64,000 nucleotides of DNA from a bacterium (GCA_038128225.1 JAYPJF010000002.1:39451-103450); one strand, 5' to 3'. Positions 8,936-16,355 are shown, counted from the stretch's first letter. Numbers and translations: made by a program. Notes: a model not told the origin generated them from the sequence alone.

Positions 8936-9973
8936 ATGCAAAAAACTGGACTTGCGCTCTACCGTACCTATCGGCCGCATACCTTTAAAGAAGTGAGAGG
9001 ACAAGAACATATTACTGACGTGCTTTCAGCTGCAGTGAAAAATAAAACGATCGCGCACGCGTATTTATTTGCGGGTACGCGAGGCACAGGGAAGACATCA
9101 GTTGCGCGTATTTTAGCGCGAGAAATCGGTTGCACCGACAAAGATTTATACGAAATGGATGCGGCATCGAACCGTGGTGTAGACGACATTCGAGAGGTGC
9201 GCGAAGGCGTGTACTCACTTCCGTTTGAGTCGCCATACAAAGTGTATATCGTGGATGAGGCGCATATGCTCACCAAGGAGGCATGGAATGCGCTCCTCAA
9301 AACGCTCGAAGAACCGCCTTCGCATGTGGTTTTTATACTTGCGACTACCGAGCTTCATAAAGTACCCGACACCATTCAATCTCGCTGCGAGACATATATT
9401 TTCCGAGAACCATCACGTGATGTAATTGCTGATGCGGTTGAAGCGGTTGCAAAAGCAGAAAAATGCACGCTTGAACGATCTGCTGCTGATCTCATTGCCA
9501 CTCTTGCTGAAGGATCGTTTCGCGACGCGCTTAGTATCCTGCAAAAAGTACTTACGATTTCGAAAGACAAAAAAGTTGATGTCGAGGAGGTTGAGCGTGT
9601 GACCGGAGCTCCAACGGGGGAACTGCTGCGCCGAGTGCTGAGCGCACTCGCTTCGCGCGATTACGAAACTGCGTTAGCCTCAGTGCGTAACGCACAAGAA
9701 GTGAGCGCCGATGCAAAATTGTTTACCCGATTTCTAATACAGCGAGTCCGAAACACACTCCTGCTTCGTCTTGCTCCAAAAATGAAAGAATCGCTCGCGC
9801 AAGAACATACTAAGGCCGATTTCGAATTACTTGAGCGATTGGCGACAGAGAAGGATAATGGAATCACGCTTGTACTTTTGCGCGGATTGTTGCGCGCGTA
9901 TGAAGATATAACACTCGCTGCAGTTCCGTATCTTCCGCTCGAAATTGCGCTGATGGAAAGTACAACATCGTAG
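8936..9973 (+). CDS. dnaX: DNA polymerase III subunit gamma/tau, short form (345 aa)
   Basis: AAA+ clamp-loader motifs (AYLFAGTRGTGKTS Walker A, IVDEAHML, SRCE sensor). Lacks the tau C-terminal domains. Confidence 0.9.
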   Translation: MQKTGLALYRTYRPHTFKEVRGQEHITDVLSAAVKNKTIAHAYLFAGTRGTGKTSVARILAREIGCTDKDLYEMDAASNRGVDDIREVREGVYSLPFESPYKVYIVDEAHMLTKEAWNALLKTLEEPPSHVVFILATTELHKVPDTIQSRCETYIFREPSRDVIADAVEAVAKAEKCTLERSAADLIATLAEGSFRDALSILQKVLTISKDKKVDVEEVERVTGAPTGELLRRVLSALASRDYETALASVRNAQEVSADAKLFTRFLIQRVRNTLLLRLAPKMKESLAQEHTKADFELLERLATEKDNGITLVLLRGLLRAYEDITLAAVPYLPLEIALMESTTS

Positions 9974-10024
9974 TTGTGCACGCGTAGAGATTGAGCTGTT
10001 GGCACCGGATGGTAAGGTGTTTTT

Positions 10025-10552
10025 ATGAATAATCCTTGGATGTGGGTTTTGCTTATCATTATCGTTGGCATGTTCTTCTATTATCAAGGCGGTGCATTAT
10101 TTAACTCGCAGATGTCTGGCCCTGATACGCAGGCGACCACGACTGATGGGATGATAGAAGAAGACTCCGCAGCTTTTGAAGAAAAGCCCGCTGCCACCCC
10201 GGCAGCAACCGCCCCGCGCACGAGCACGCCGCAGCGACCGGCCGCGGCATCTGTTCCTGCGAATACTGTGTGGTATACCGACACAGGGTTCGTTCCGAAT
10301 CTTTTCGAGGTGCGCGCGGGTACGTCAATCACCTTTGTGAACAAGAGCAGCAAGACGATGCGTGTCACTTCGGACAAACAGTACACAGGCGCGGACCAGT
10401 ACTATCCTGAATTTGGGCAGACTTCGACCGTTGCCCCCGGCGGTACATTTGTATTCTTGTTCACTAAAACAGGTTCATGGGTGTACGCAAACCTCAACTA
10501 CCAACAGCATAAAGCGACCGTTGTCGTATTGCCGCAAAAACTTCAACAATAA
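10025..10552 (+). CDS. Membrane-anchored cupredoxin-like domain protein lacking Cu ligands
   Basis: N-terminal TM helix, a Pro/Ala/Thr-rich linker, and a C-terminal beta-sandwich resembling cupredoxin-fold proteins (VWYTDTGFVPNLFEVRAGTSITFVNKSS...). No Cys/His/Met copper-site residues. Confidence 0.5.
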   Translation: MNNPWMWVLLIIIVGMFFYYQGGALFNSQMSGPDTQATTTDGMIEEDSAAFEEKPAATPAATAPRTSTPQRPAAASVPANTVWYTDTGFVPNLFEVRAGTSITFVNKSSKTMRVTSDKQYTGADQYYPEFGQTSTVAPGGTFVFLFTKTGSWVYANLNYQQHKATVVVLPQKLQQ

Positions 10553-10569
10553 AAACCTAAGCACAAAAA

Positions 10570-10589
10570 GGGCGGCCCAGTGGCCGCCC
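10570..10589. terminator. Bidirectional hairpin between convergent genes
   Basis: GGGCGGCC-CAGT-GGCCGCCC. Confidence 0.45.
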
Positions 10590-10595
10590 AGCAGA

Positions 10596-11087
10596 TCAAA
10601 TTCCGAAATACGCATCGAGCATTGTGAGAGTTTCTTCGATGCCCTCGTCGAGTGTATCGAAGATTGGTGCGTCGGGGTACCGCATGCGAAGCAGTCTCTT
10701 GATTGCTTCAGCGGCTTTGAGTGCATGACCACTGAGTTCGGTGGTGTCGATGACGATAACTGTTTTCCCCGGATGCTGCGCGAGCGTGATCGCTGCCTCA
10801 ACATACGAGTACGATGAATCCTCGTTTCCACCCTGTTTTGGGTCACCGATGTAGAACACATAGTGCGTTGCGTGCTCCTTTGCTTTATTTTCCTCAATCT
10901 CACGTTCCGCACCCCATTGACCAGGATTTACCTGTGGATTAAAAAAGTAACTAGAAAGTATGCCAGCCTCGGTCATCTCATCGAGAAACAGCAAGCGCCA
11001 GTAGTTGTTCCCGCACGTTCCTGCGAGGAAAACGAGCGGTTCTTTCCTCTTGCGACCGAAAAGTCCCTTCAGCATTGTGATCTCCAT
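10596..11087 (-). CDS. Nucleoside 2-deoxyribosyltransferase-like (flavodoxin-fold) protein
   Basis: 163-aa ORF. LVFLAGTCGNNYW...YFFNPQ pattern and length are typical of the Nuc_deoxyribosyltransferase-like/DUF4406 fold. Family-level assignment only. Confidence 0.4.
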   Translation of the reverse strand: MEITMLKGLFGRKRKEPLVFLAGTCGNNYWRLLFLDEMTEAGILSSYFFNPQVNPGQWGAEREIEENKAKEHATHYVFYIGDPKQGGNEDSSYSYVEAAITLAQHPGKTVIVIDTTELSGHALKAAEAIKRLLRMRYPDAPIFDTLDEGIEETLTMLDAYFGI

Positions 11088-11126
11088 GACTGATATTCCG
11101 GCAGCATTCTACAATTGGTGTTCTTT

Positions 11127-11154
11127 TTGTCAAAGTTCGATAAATCTGTATACT
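11127..11154 (+). promoter_or_regulatory. Sigma70-like promoter for tRNA-Gln
   Basis: TTGTCA -16 nt- TATACT, ending 8 nt before the tRNA 5' end. Confidence 0.5.
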
Positions 11155-11162
11155 GGGCCCAT

Positions 11163-11236
11163 TGCCGGATCGTCTAATGGTAGGACAGCAGCCTTTGAAG
11201 CTGTTTATCTTGGTTCGAATCCAAGTCCGGCAGCCA
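11163..11236 (+). tRNA. tRNA-Gln (anticodon UUG), CCA encoded
   Basis: Manual cloverleaf: acceptor TGCCGGA/TCCGGCA, D-arm GTCT-AATGGTA-GGAC, anticodon stem GCAGC/GCTGT with loop CTTTGAA (U33, UUG, A37), T-arm CTTGG-TTCGAAT-CCAAG, discriminator G, CCA. Confidence 0.85.
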
Positions 11237-11266
11237 GTTTGAGATAGGTTCGGACTCCGAGGAGCA
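11231..11266 (+). repeat. 36-bp direct repeat copy 1 (att-like), overlapping the tRNA-Gln 3' end
   Basis: CAGCCAGTTTGAGATAGGTTCGGACTCCGAGGAGCA. Matches 12631-12666 except for one C/T difference (35/36). Confidence 0.75.
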
Positions 11267-11301
11267 TCCTATTTATATAGTTTTTAAAAAGTAATAAAAT
11301 T

Positions 11302-11490
11302 ATGGATATGCAAAATTTATCATGGATATTTGATGGAATTGGCACAGCGGGAGTAACTTTCGTACTCGGCTTACTGGTCGGTGGTACTGCTGGTTATAAA
11401 ATTGCGATCAGGAAAACTATAAAACAAAAGCAAAAAGCTGGCGATAATTCTAGTCAGTTCCAGATCGGTGAGATTAAAAATGACCGATAA
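11302..11490 (+). CDS. 62-aa single-TM peptide, probably the detached N-terminus of the downstream gene
   Basis: MDMQNLSWIFDGIGTAGVTFVLGLLVGGTAGYKIAIRK... has a TM helix. The C-terminal KQKQKAGDNSSQFQIGE duplicates the N-terminal motif KQTQKAGDNSQLIQAG of the next ORF. Confidence 0.4.
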   Translation: MDMQNLSWIFDGIGTAGVTFVLGLLVGGTAGYKIAIRKTIKQKQKAGDNSSQFQIGEIKNDR

Positions 11491-11539
11491 ACAGACACAA
11501 AAAGCTGGCGACAATTCTCAACTTATCCAAGCAGGGACT
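11421..11539 (+). repeat. Diverged tandem duplication (about 51 bp units, 67-bp period) spanning the junction of the two cassette-1 ORFs
   Basis: The core CAAAAAGCTGGCGA(T/C)AATTCT occurs at 11431-11451 and 11498-11518. The 67-bp offset is not a multiple of 3, so the reading frame changes by +1. Confidence 0.7.
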
Positions 11540-12535
11540 GTTATTGTTGGTATTGATGAAAAAAGAGCACGCGAAATTGTTGATGAGAAATTAAATTCGG
11601 TCTTAAAGAGTTTTACGGCAGAAGCAACGGAAGAAGCAAATAAACGAAATAGGCTTTTCGAAGACTCACTCATTCCAAGAATGATTAAAGAAAATGCTCT
11701 GTCGGCTTTTTCAGACCCTTCATTTCAAATGCTACTTATTGAAGCACAAAAAAGAGCAGCTTCAACCGAAAGAAAAGAGGATTATGATTTACTTTCAGAA
11801 TTGATGGTTCATCGTTTTGAAAAAGGTTCTAATAGGACTATTAGGGCAGGTATTTCCAGAGCAGTTGAGATTGTGGATCAAATCTCAGATGAAGCACTGC
11901 TTGCAATAACTGTCTTTCATTCGGTTGCACAGTTTGTACCTGTTACAGGTAATATGTCAGATGGCTTACAGGTCTTAGATGGTTTATTTAGTAAGGTTAT
12001 TTATGGCACTTTACCCACAAATGATAGTTGGCTTGATCATCTAGATATTCTAGATGCTATAAGAGTAACTACCTTTGGAAGTACTAAGTTATTGGAAGAC
12101 TATTGGTATGAACAATTTGATGGATATGTAAAAAATGGAATTGAAGAAAATCACGAAAAACATACCGAAGCAAAAGAGTTGCTAGTAAAAGCTCGTCTCG
12201 ACCAAAACTCTTTGGTGAAAAATCCATTTAATGAAAAATATGTAAAACTTTTAGTATTAAACAAACGCCGAATACCAAAGCTTACTTTTGTAAGTGGTCA
12301 CTCGATCACTGATGATGAAAAAGATGCTCTTGAAAAGATATACGACTTATATGATGGCACTTCAATGTCTAAAGAAGATTTTATTAAAGAAATAGAAAAA
12401 TACCCTAATCTTAAAAAACTTCGGGAATGGTGGAATAAGTTGAACAAACAATCAATTCAAATTACCTCTGTTGGTAGAGTCTTGGCTCATTCTAACGCTC
12501 AACGAGTCGATAAAACTCTACCGCCGCTCGATTAA
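11480..12535 (+). CDS. Hypothetical 352-aa protein (alternative GTG start at 11468); possibly an LPO_1073/Vpar_1526-like family member, low confidence
   Basis: Long ORF in low-GC DNA. N-terminal QKAGDNSQLIQAGTVIVG motif and C-terminal IQITSVGRVLAHSNAQ motif. I vaguely recall similar end motifs from an uncharacterised family seen in mobile or defence contexts, but cannot confirm this without a search. Confidence 0.55.
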   Translation: MTDKQTQKAGDNSQLIQAGTVIVGIDEKRAREIVDEKLNSVLKSFTAEATEEANKRNRLFEDSLIPRMIKENALSAFSDPSFQMLLIEAQKRAASTERKEDYDLLSELMVHRFEKGSNRTIRAGISRAVEIVDQISDEALLAITVFHSVAQFVPVTGNMSDGLQVLDGLFSKVIYGTLPTNDSWLDHLDILDAIRVTTFGSTKLLEDYWYEQFDGYVKNGIEENHEKHTEAKELLVKARLDQNSLVKNPFNEKYVKLLVLNKRRIPKLTFVSGHSITDDEKDALEKIYDLYDGTSMSKEDFIKEIEKYPNLKKLREWWNKLNKQSIQITSVGRVLAHSNAQRVDKTLPPLD

Positions 12536-12543
12536 AAATTGTT

Positions 12544-12607
12544 ATTCCGAGGAGCGTCGAAATGGTAGACTAAAAAGCGTCAGGAAAGCCTTGTAGGGCT
12601 TGATGGG
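12544..12607 (+). repeat. 63-bp element-associated repeat, copy A
   Basis: ATTCCGAGGAGCGTCGAAATGGTAGACTAAAAAGCGTCAGGAAAGCCTTGTAGGGCTTGATGG. Repeated at 12958-13020 with about 90% identity. Confidence 0.7.
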
Positions 12608-12630
12608 TAAATTTACGAGACCGAAGAGAC

Positions 12631-12666
12631 CAGCCAGTTTGAGATAGGTTCGGATTCCGAGGAGCA
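12631..12666 (+). repeat. 36-bp direct repeat copy 2 (att-like), preceded by a degenerate copy of the tRNA 3' acceptor/T-arm
   Basis: CAGCCAGTTTGAGATAGGTTCGGATTCCGAGGAGCA. The upstream CCGAAGAGACCAGCCA resembles the tRNA sequence CCAAGTCCGGCAGCCA. Confidence 0.75.
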
Positions 12667-12711
12667 GAGGAAAAGTGATATATTGCGGCCACTTTTGTTT
12701 ATATTCTACCT

Positions 12712-12930
12712 ATGAGTAAATATGATCCACTGTGGAAGTTCATTCGAAGGAAAGGCAGCCCATCACTCACGCTGACGTTCGACGAAATACATAAGATTGC
12801 AGGAGTCAAATTGGATCATTCGTTTCTGAACTACAAAAAGGAGTTGCTTGAATATGGGTATCAAGTCGGGAAGATTTCTTTGAAAAAACATACAGTACTA
12901 TTCTCTGTGGCAAAGAAGCAAAGAAAATAA
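12712..12930 (+). CDS. Hypothetical 72-aa protein
   Basis: MSKYDPLWKFIRRKGSPSLTLTFDEIHKIAGVKLDHSFLNYKKELLEYGYQVGKISLKKHTVLFSV. A small alpha/beta protein that may be a standalone copy of a domain seen at N-termini of larger accessory proteins. Family not identified. Confidence 0.45.
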   Translation: MSKYDPLWKFIRRKGSPSLTLTFDEIHKIAGVKLDHSFLNYKKELLEYGYQVGKISLKKHTVLFSVAKKQRK

Positions 12931-12957
12931 TTGAGGGGTTAATGTCGCATTTTGATC

Positions 12958-13020
12958 ATTCCGAGGAGCGTCGAAATGGTAGACTAAAAAGCGTCAGAGA
13001 AACCTTGCGGGGCTTTATGG
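12958..13020 (+). repeat. 63-bp element-associated repeat, copy B
   Basis: ATTCCGAGGAGCGTCGAAATGGTAGACTAAAAAGCGTCAGAGAAACCTTGCGGGGCTTTATGG. Confidence 0.7.
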
Positions 13021-13112
13021 AGATTTATCCGAATCCGAAGAGGCCAGCTGGCTAAAAATCTAAGCGATGTGATCGTCTTGGGTGTTCAGTTACTCGAAGT
13101 AATGATAGGCGT

Positions 13113-14576
13113 ATGGGGAAAGAAGAAGCACTAATCCGATTCGAAGATGTTTCGTTTGAATACAGTTCTACAAAACCAATACTCCACGAGGTAAATTTTG
13201 CGGTACGCCGTGGCATGAAGTTGGCCATCATGGGCCAGAACGGCGCCGGAAAGAGCACCATCTTGTCTTTAATTACTGGCGAACACATGCCTGAGTCGGG
13301 ATCGATTCATACACAGTCGCACCTTTTGATAGCAACTGCAAAGCAAGTGATACCGCGCGATCAGTTAGACCTTACGGTCCGAGAGTTTTTTGAAAAATGC
13401 TTTGTCGAAAAAATATACAATATTGATCCGCGTATCAACGAAGTGTTAGACATCGTGCATCTGACAGCACCGCACGATCGCATTGTCCGGTCATTTTCGG
13501 GTGGCCAGCAGGCTCGACTTTTGCTTGCCTCGGCATTGATCCAAGACCCCGACCTTCTTCTGCTTGATGAGCCGACAAATAACCTCGATGCGGCCGGTGT
13601 CGAACATCTCACAAAGTTTCTCGTCGAGTACACCAAGACCGTCATAGTTATTTCGCACGATACGGAATTTTTGAACGCGTTTACGCACGGCGTGTTGTAT
13701 CTCGACGTTCACACGCGACAAGTGGAGCGGTATCCCGGCAATTACCACACGGTTCTCCGGCACATCGCTGCACGCATCGAAACAGAAAACCGCAAGAACG
13801 CTCAACTCGCTAAAGAGATCCAAGCAAACAAAGACAAAGCAAACTTTTTCGCACAGAAAGGTGGCAAGATGCGCTTGGTCGCAAAGAAAATGCGTACCAA
13901 GGCGGAGGAGATGGAAGAGGAAAAAGTGAATGTTAAAAAAGAAGATCGAACGATCCGTGCATTCACAATTCCGGTGCAGGAAGATCTACCAATCGAAATC
14001 GTCAGAATCAGCTCAGTGACAGTGATTAAGGACCACACTCCGAGGCATAAAAAAGTCGTGCTGCGACTGAAAAAAAACCAACACCTGCTCCTCAAAGGTC
14101 CGAACGGTATCGGGAAATCTACCTTGTTACAATCGATTGTCGATCGTACTGCGCGAGGCGTGACGGTGCCGGGTGAAGTGCGGGTCGGCTACTATCGTCA
14201 GGATTTTTCGACACTTGATTTCGAAATGACTGTTTTTGAATCACTCATGTCGGTACAGAAAGTCAAAAACGAAGAAGCGATGCGCGCAACTGCCGCAGGG
14301 CTCCTCCTTACTGCGGATATCATGCAGGCGAAAGTGGGAAACCTCTCGGAAGGTCAAAAAGGACTCTTGTCATTCGCGCGACTTATTATTGAACGTCCCG
14401 GCCTTCTTATTCTCGACGAACCAACCAACCATATCAATTTTCGCCACGTTCCTGTCATCGCGAAAGCACTCGATACTTATCAGGGTGCCTTGATTCTCGT
14501 CTCACACGTTCCAGAGTTTGTAGCACAGATTCGCATCGACGAAACTCTTGATTTGGGAAAGCTGGTGTCACAATGA
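13113..14576 (+). CDS. ABC-F family ATPase (two tandem ABC domains, no TMD), short form
   Basis: Two Walker A motifs (GQNGAGKST, GPNGIGKST), two ABC signature motifs (FSGGQQARL, LSEGQKGLL) and two Walker B motifs (LLLLDEPTN, LLILDEPTN), separated by a charged linker. Confidence 0.85.
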   Translation: MGKEEALIRFEDVSFEYSSTKPILHEVNFAVRRGMKLAIMGQNGAGKSTILSLITGEHMPESGSIHTQSHLLIATAKQVIPRDQLDLTVREFFEKCFVEKIYNIDPRINEVLDIVHLTAPHDRIVRSFSGGQQARLLLASALIQDPDLLLLDEPTNNLDAAGVEHLTKFLVEYTKTVIVISHDTEFLNAFTHGVLYLDVHTRQVERYPGNYHTVLRHIAARIETENRKNAQLAKEIQANKDKANFFAQKGGKMRLVAKKMRTKAEEMEEEKVNVKKEDRTIRAFTIPVQEDLPIEIVRISSVTVIKDHTPRHKKVVLRLKKNQHLLLKGPNGIGKSTLLQSIVDRTARGVTVPGEVRVGYYRQDFSTLDFEMTVFESLMSVQKVKNEEAMRATAAGLLLTADIMQAKVGNLSEGQKGLLSFARLIIERPGLLILDEPTNHINFRHVPVIAKALDTYQGALILVSHVPEFVAQIRIDETLDLGKLVSQ

Positions 14577-14801
14577 TCGGTATTAAGAACCAGGAACGTG
14601 GTCCTGGATCCTCATCGGGGATCAACCCAGTTTTACAGATCTCCTTGCACGCACAACAAGATGTCAAACAGCGCACTTTAGCGCAATGGAGGTAGGGAAA
14701 GCGAAGAAGCATCGGCTTGAAATAGGGTCCGCGCCCAGATATTGACATGTCCTAATATACGTGATCTGATTACCGCAGACCATGTTCGAGAGGAGGTGAT
14801 T

Positions 14802-15458
14802 ATGAAAGCGGTTTTTATAGACGGACCGTCCTTATATCATTTGGGGCGGGTACTCGGCATTGCGCAATTTGATCTTTCTGCACTCAAAAAGTTTCTAACA
14901 GAAAGTACGGGGGAAGAGAAGGAGCTTGTGCAACCCATCTTTGTTACCGTGACAGCGGTGATGGGAAAAGGAGCAGCTTACGCATGGAGAGCCGCCGGTT
15001 TCGACGTTCTCGAAACCGTGAGCACCGGTAGCATTGACGACCAGGAGCTCATTAAAAAAATCGCCGCGCTCGACCCTGACAAGGTCAGCGAGGTAGTCTT
15101 GGTAAGTACGGATCAAGATTATCTCACGGTCCTCCGTCAAAAGGCTTCCCAAGGGCTCAGTGTGTGCTGGGTTGGGTCCCTCGTGAAGGGGGGAAACAAC
15201 ACCCCGTTGATGAGCACGAGTCTAAAACCCCTTTTGGGTTCGGAGTTCGACTTCGTCGATCTAGAACCTCATAAAGAGAAACTCATGCTCGTGCCAAAAA
15301 AAATGCCGCCGGTGCCTAACCCCGATGCGCCTAACAACAGGCATATGAAGATTGAATTGATCGGACCGATTGGACCTAAAGAGCGCAATACGTTTCTTCG
15401 GGCACTTGATCGAGTCCTCACAGAAAATCCTCGCCTGAGGTACAAGATTGAGGGTTAA
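14802..15458 (+). CDS. NYN-domain (LabA-like) protein
   Basis: GAGGAGG RBS upstream of the ATG at 14802. MKAVFIDGPSLYH... and the downstream acidic residues are typical of NYN/LabA-like predicted RNases. Confidence 0.6.
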   Translation: MKAVFIDGPSLYHLGRVLGIAQFDLSALKKFLTESTGEEKELVQPIFVTVTAVMGKGAAYAWRAAGFDVLETVSTGSIDDQELIKKIAALDPDKVSEVVLVSTDQDYLTVLRQKASQGLSVCWVGSLVKGGNNTPLMSTSLKPLLGSEFDFVDLEPHKEKLMLVPKKMPPVPNPDAPNNRHMKIELIGPIGPKERNTFLRALDRVLTENPRLRYKIEG

Positions 15459-15540
15459 GGGTTCGGCTTTCTGCCCCGGCATACACTGCTGGGGCTTTTC
15501 ATTTCAAAAATAACCACAACAGCCAAGATAAAATTTTATG

Positions 15541-15567
15541 CATGAGTTTGCTCAAAATAAACTCATG
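15541..15567. promoter_or_regulatory. Perfect 9-bp inverted repeat (candidate operator) upstream of the 15600 gene
   Basis: CATGAGTTT-N9-AAACTCATG. TATACT lies 8 nt upstream of the ATG at 15600. Confidence 0.3.
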
Positions 15568-15599
15568 ATTTCTACACAATACACTGTATACTAGACACT

Positions 15600-15941
15600 A
15601 TGAAAAAATATCTAGCGGTTTTTGTGGCACCCATTGAAGCGTACGATGCGATGAAAACTACGATGAAAAACAGGACTGCAGAAGATCGGCAAAAAGAAAT
15701 GGACGCATGGATGCGGTGGATGAAAATACATGAAGGAAATATTGTGGATCATGGCGGCGGCGTAGGTGCAGCAAAGAGAGTTTCGGAAGGCGGTGAAATT
15801 ACTGATGTGCGTAATGAGATTGGTGGCTACATGATTATTCAAGCAGGAAGTGCTGATGAAGCGGCGGCCATTTTTACGGACAGCCCGCATTTTGGTGTCG
15901 AGGGTGGGGCGATCGAGGTAATGGAAATTATTGACATGTAA
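15600..15941 (+). CDS. Small alpha+beta protein, YciI-like/dimeric alpha-beta-barrel candidate
   Basis: 113-aa ORF with a MKKYLAVFVAP... ferredoxin-like pattern. Weak family call. Confidence 0.35.
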   Translation: MKKYLAVFVAPIEAYDAMKTTMKNRTAEDRQKEMDAWMRWMKIHEGNIVDHGGGVGAAKRVSEGGEITDVRNEIGGYMIIQAGSADEAAAIFTDSPHFGVEGGAIEVMEIIDM

Positions 15942-15956
15942 ATAGTAGTAAAACGT

Positions 15957-16355
15957 ATGGTTAAGAAAAACGAGGTGAAATACGTGGACGGGTTTGTGCT
16001 TGTGATTGCGAAAAATAAGGTGGCAGCATACCGCAAGATGGCGAGCGAGGCGGGCACATTTTGGATGAAGCATGGGGCGCTCGGGTACAAAGAGTGTATC
16101 GGTGACGATCTTAAGCCGAACACTGGTGGGTTTCCGATACTTCTTTTCCCAACATTGGTGAAGTTGAAACCGACTGAAACAGTGTGGTTTTCATATATCG
16201 AATATAAATCGAAAGCGCATCGCAATTCGGTAAACAAAAAAGTGATGAAGGAAATGGAGAAGGCGCAAAAGAAAAACCCCGATCATATGAAAGACATGCC
16301 GTTTGATATGAAGCGCATGTCATTTGGTGGATTTAACGTCGAAGTCGGGTATTAG
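15957..16355 (+). CDS. DUF1428-family (YbaA-like) protein
   Basis: 132-aa ORF. The N-terminal VDGFVLVIAKNKVAAYRKMA pattern matches my recollection of DUF1428 proteins. Confidence 0.5.
   Translation: MVKKNEVKYVDGFVLVIAKNKVAAYRKMASEAGTFWMKHGALGYKECIGDDLKPNTGGFPILLFPTLVKLKPTETVWFSYIEYKSKAHRNSVNKKVMKEMEKAQKKNPDHMKDMPFDMKRMSFGGFNVEVGY

Larger units (their letters stand above)
11267..12630 (+). mobile_element. Putative integrated mini-element (cassette 1) at tRNA-Gln: low GC, two cargo ORFs, no integrase
   Basis: Bounded by the 36-bp direct repeats. GC is visibly lower (AT-rich codons) than the flanking ~50% GC DNA. Confidence 0.5.
12667..13052 (+). mobile_element. Second mini-cassette (72-aa ORF) ending in repeat copy B plus a degenerate boundary
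   Basis: Bounded on the left by DR copy 2 and on the right by the 63-bp repeat copy B (12958-13020) plus GAATCCGAAGAGGCCAGCTGGC (13031-13052), a decayed version of the boundary sequence. Confidence 0.4.

Noticed and set aside
12546-12640. Possibility that the 63-bp repeat region is a second tRNA or tRNA-like gene (contains GGTAGAC and ends near ...ACCAGCCA)
   Set aside because: No T-loop (TTCGAAT-like) or consistent cloverleaf could be drawn. The CCAGCCA is better explained as a duplicated tRNA-Gln 3' end (attR).
11231-13052. Possibility that the direct repeats are a CRISPR array
   Set aside because: There are only 2-3 copies, the spacing is irregular (1400 and 413 bp), the intervening DNA encodes proteins, and one repeat overlaps a tRNA 3' end. 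This is the signature of att sites, not CRISPR.
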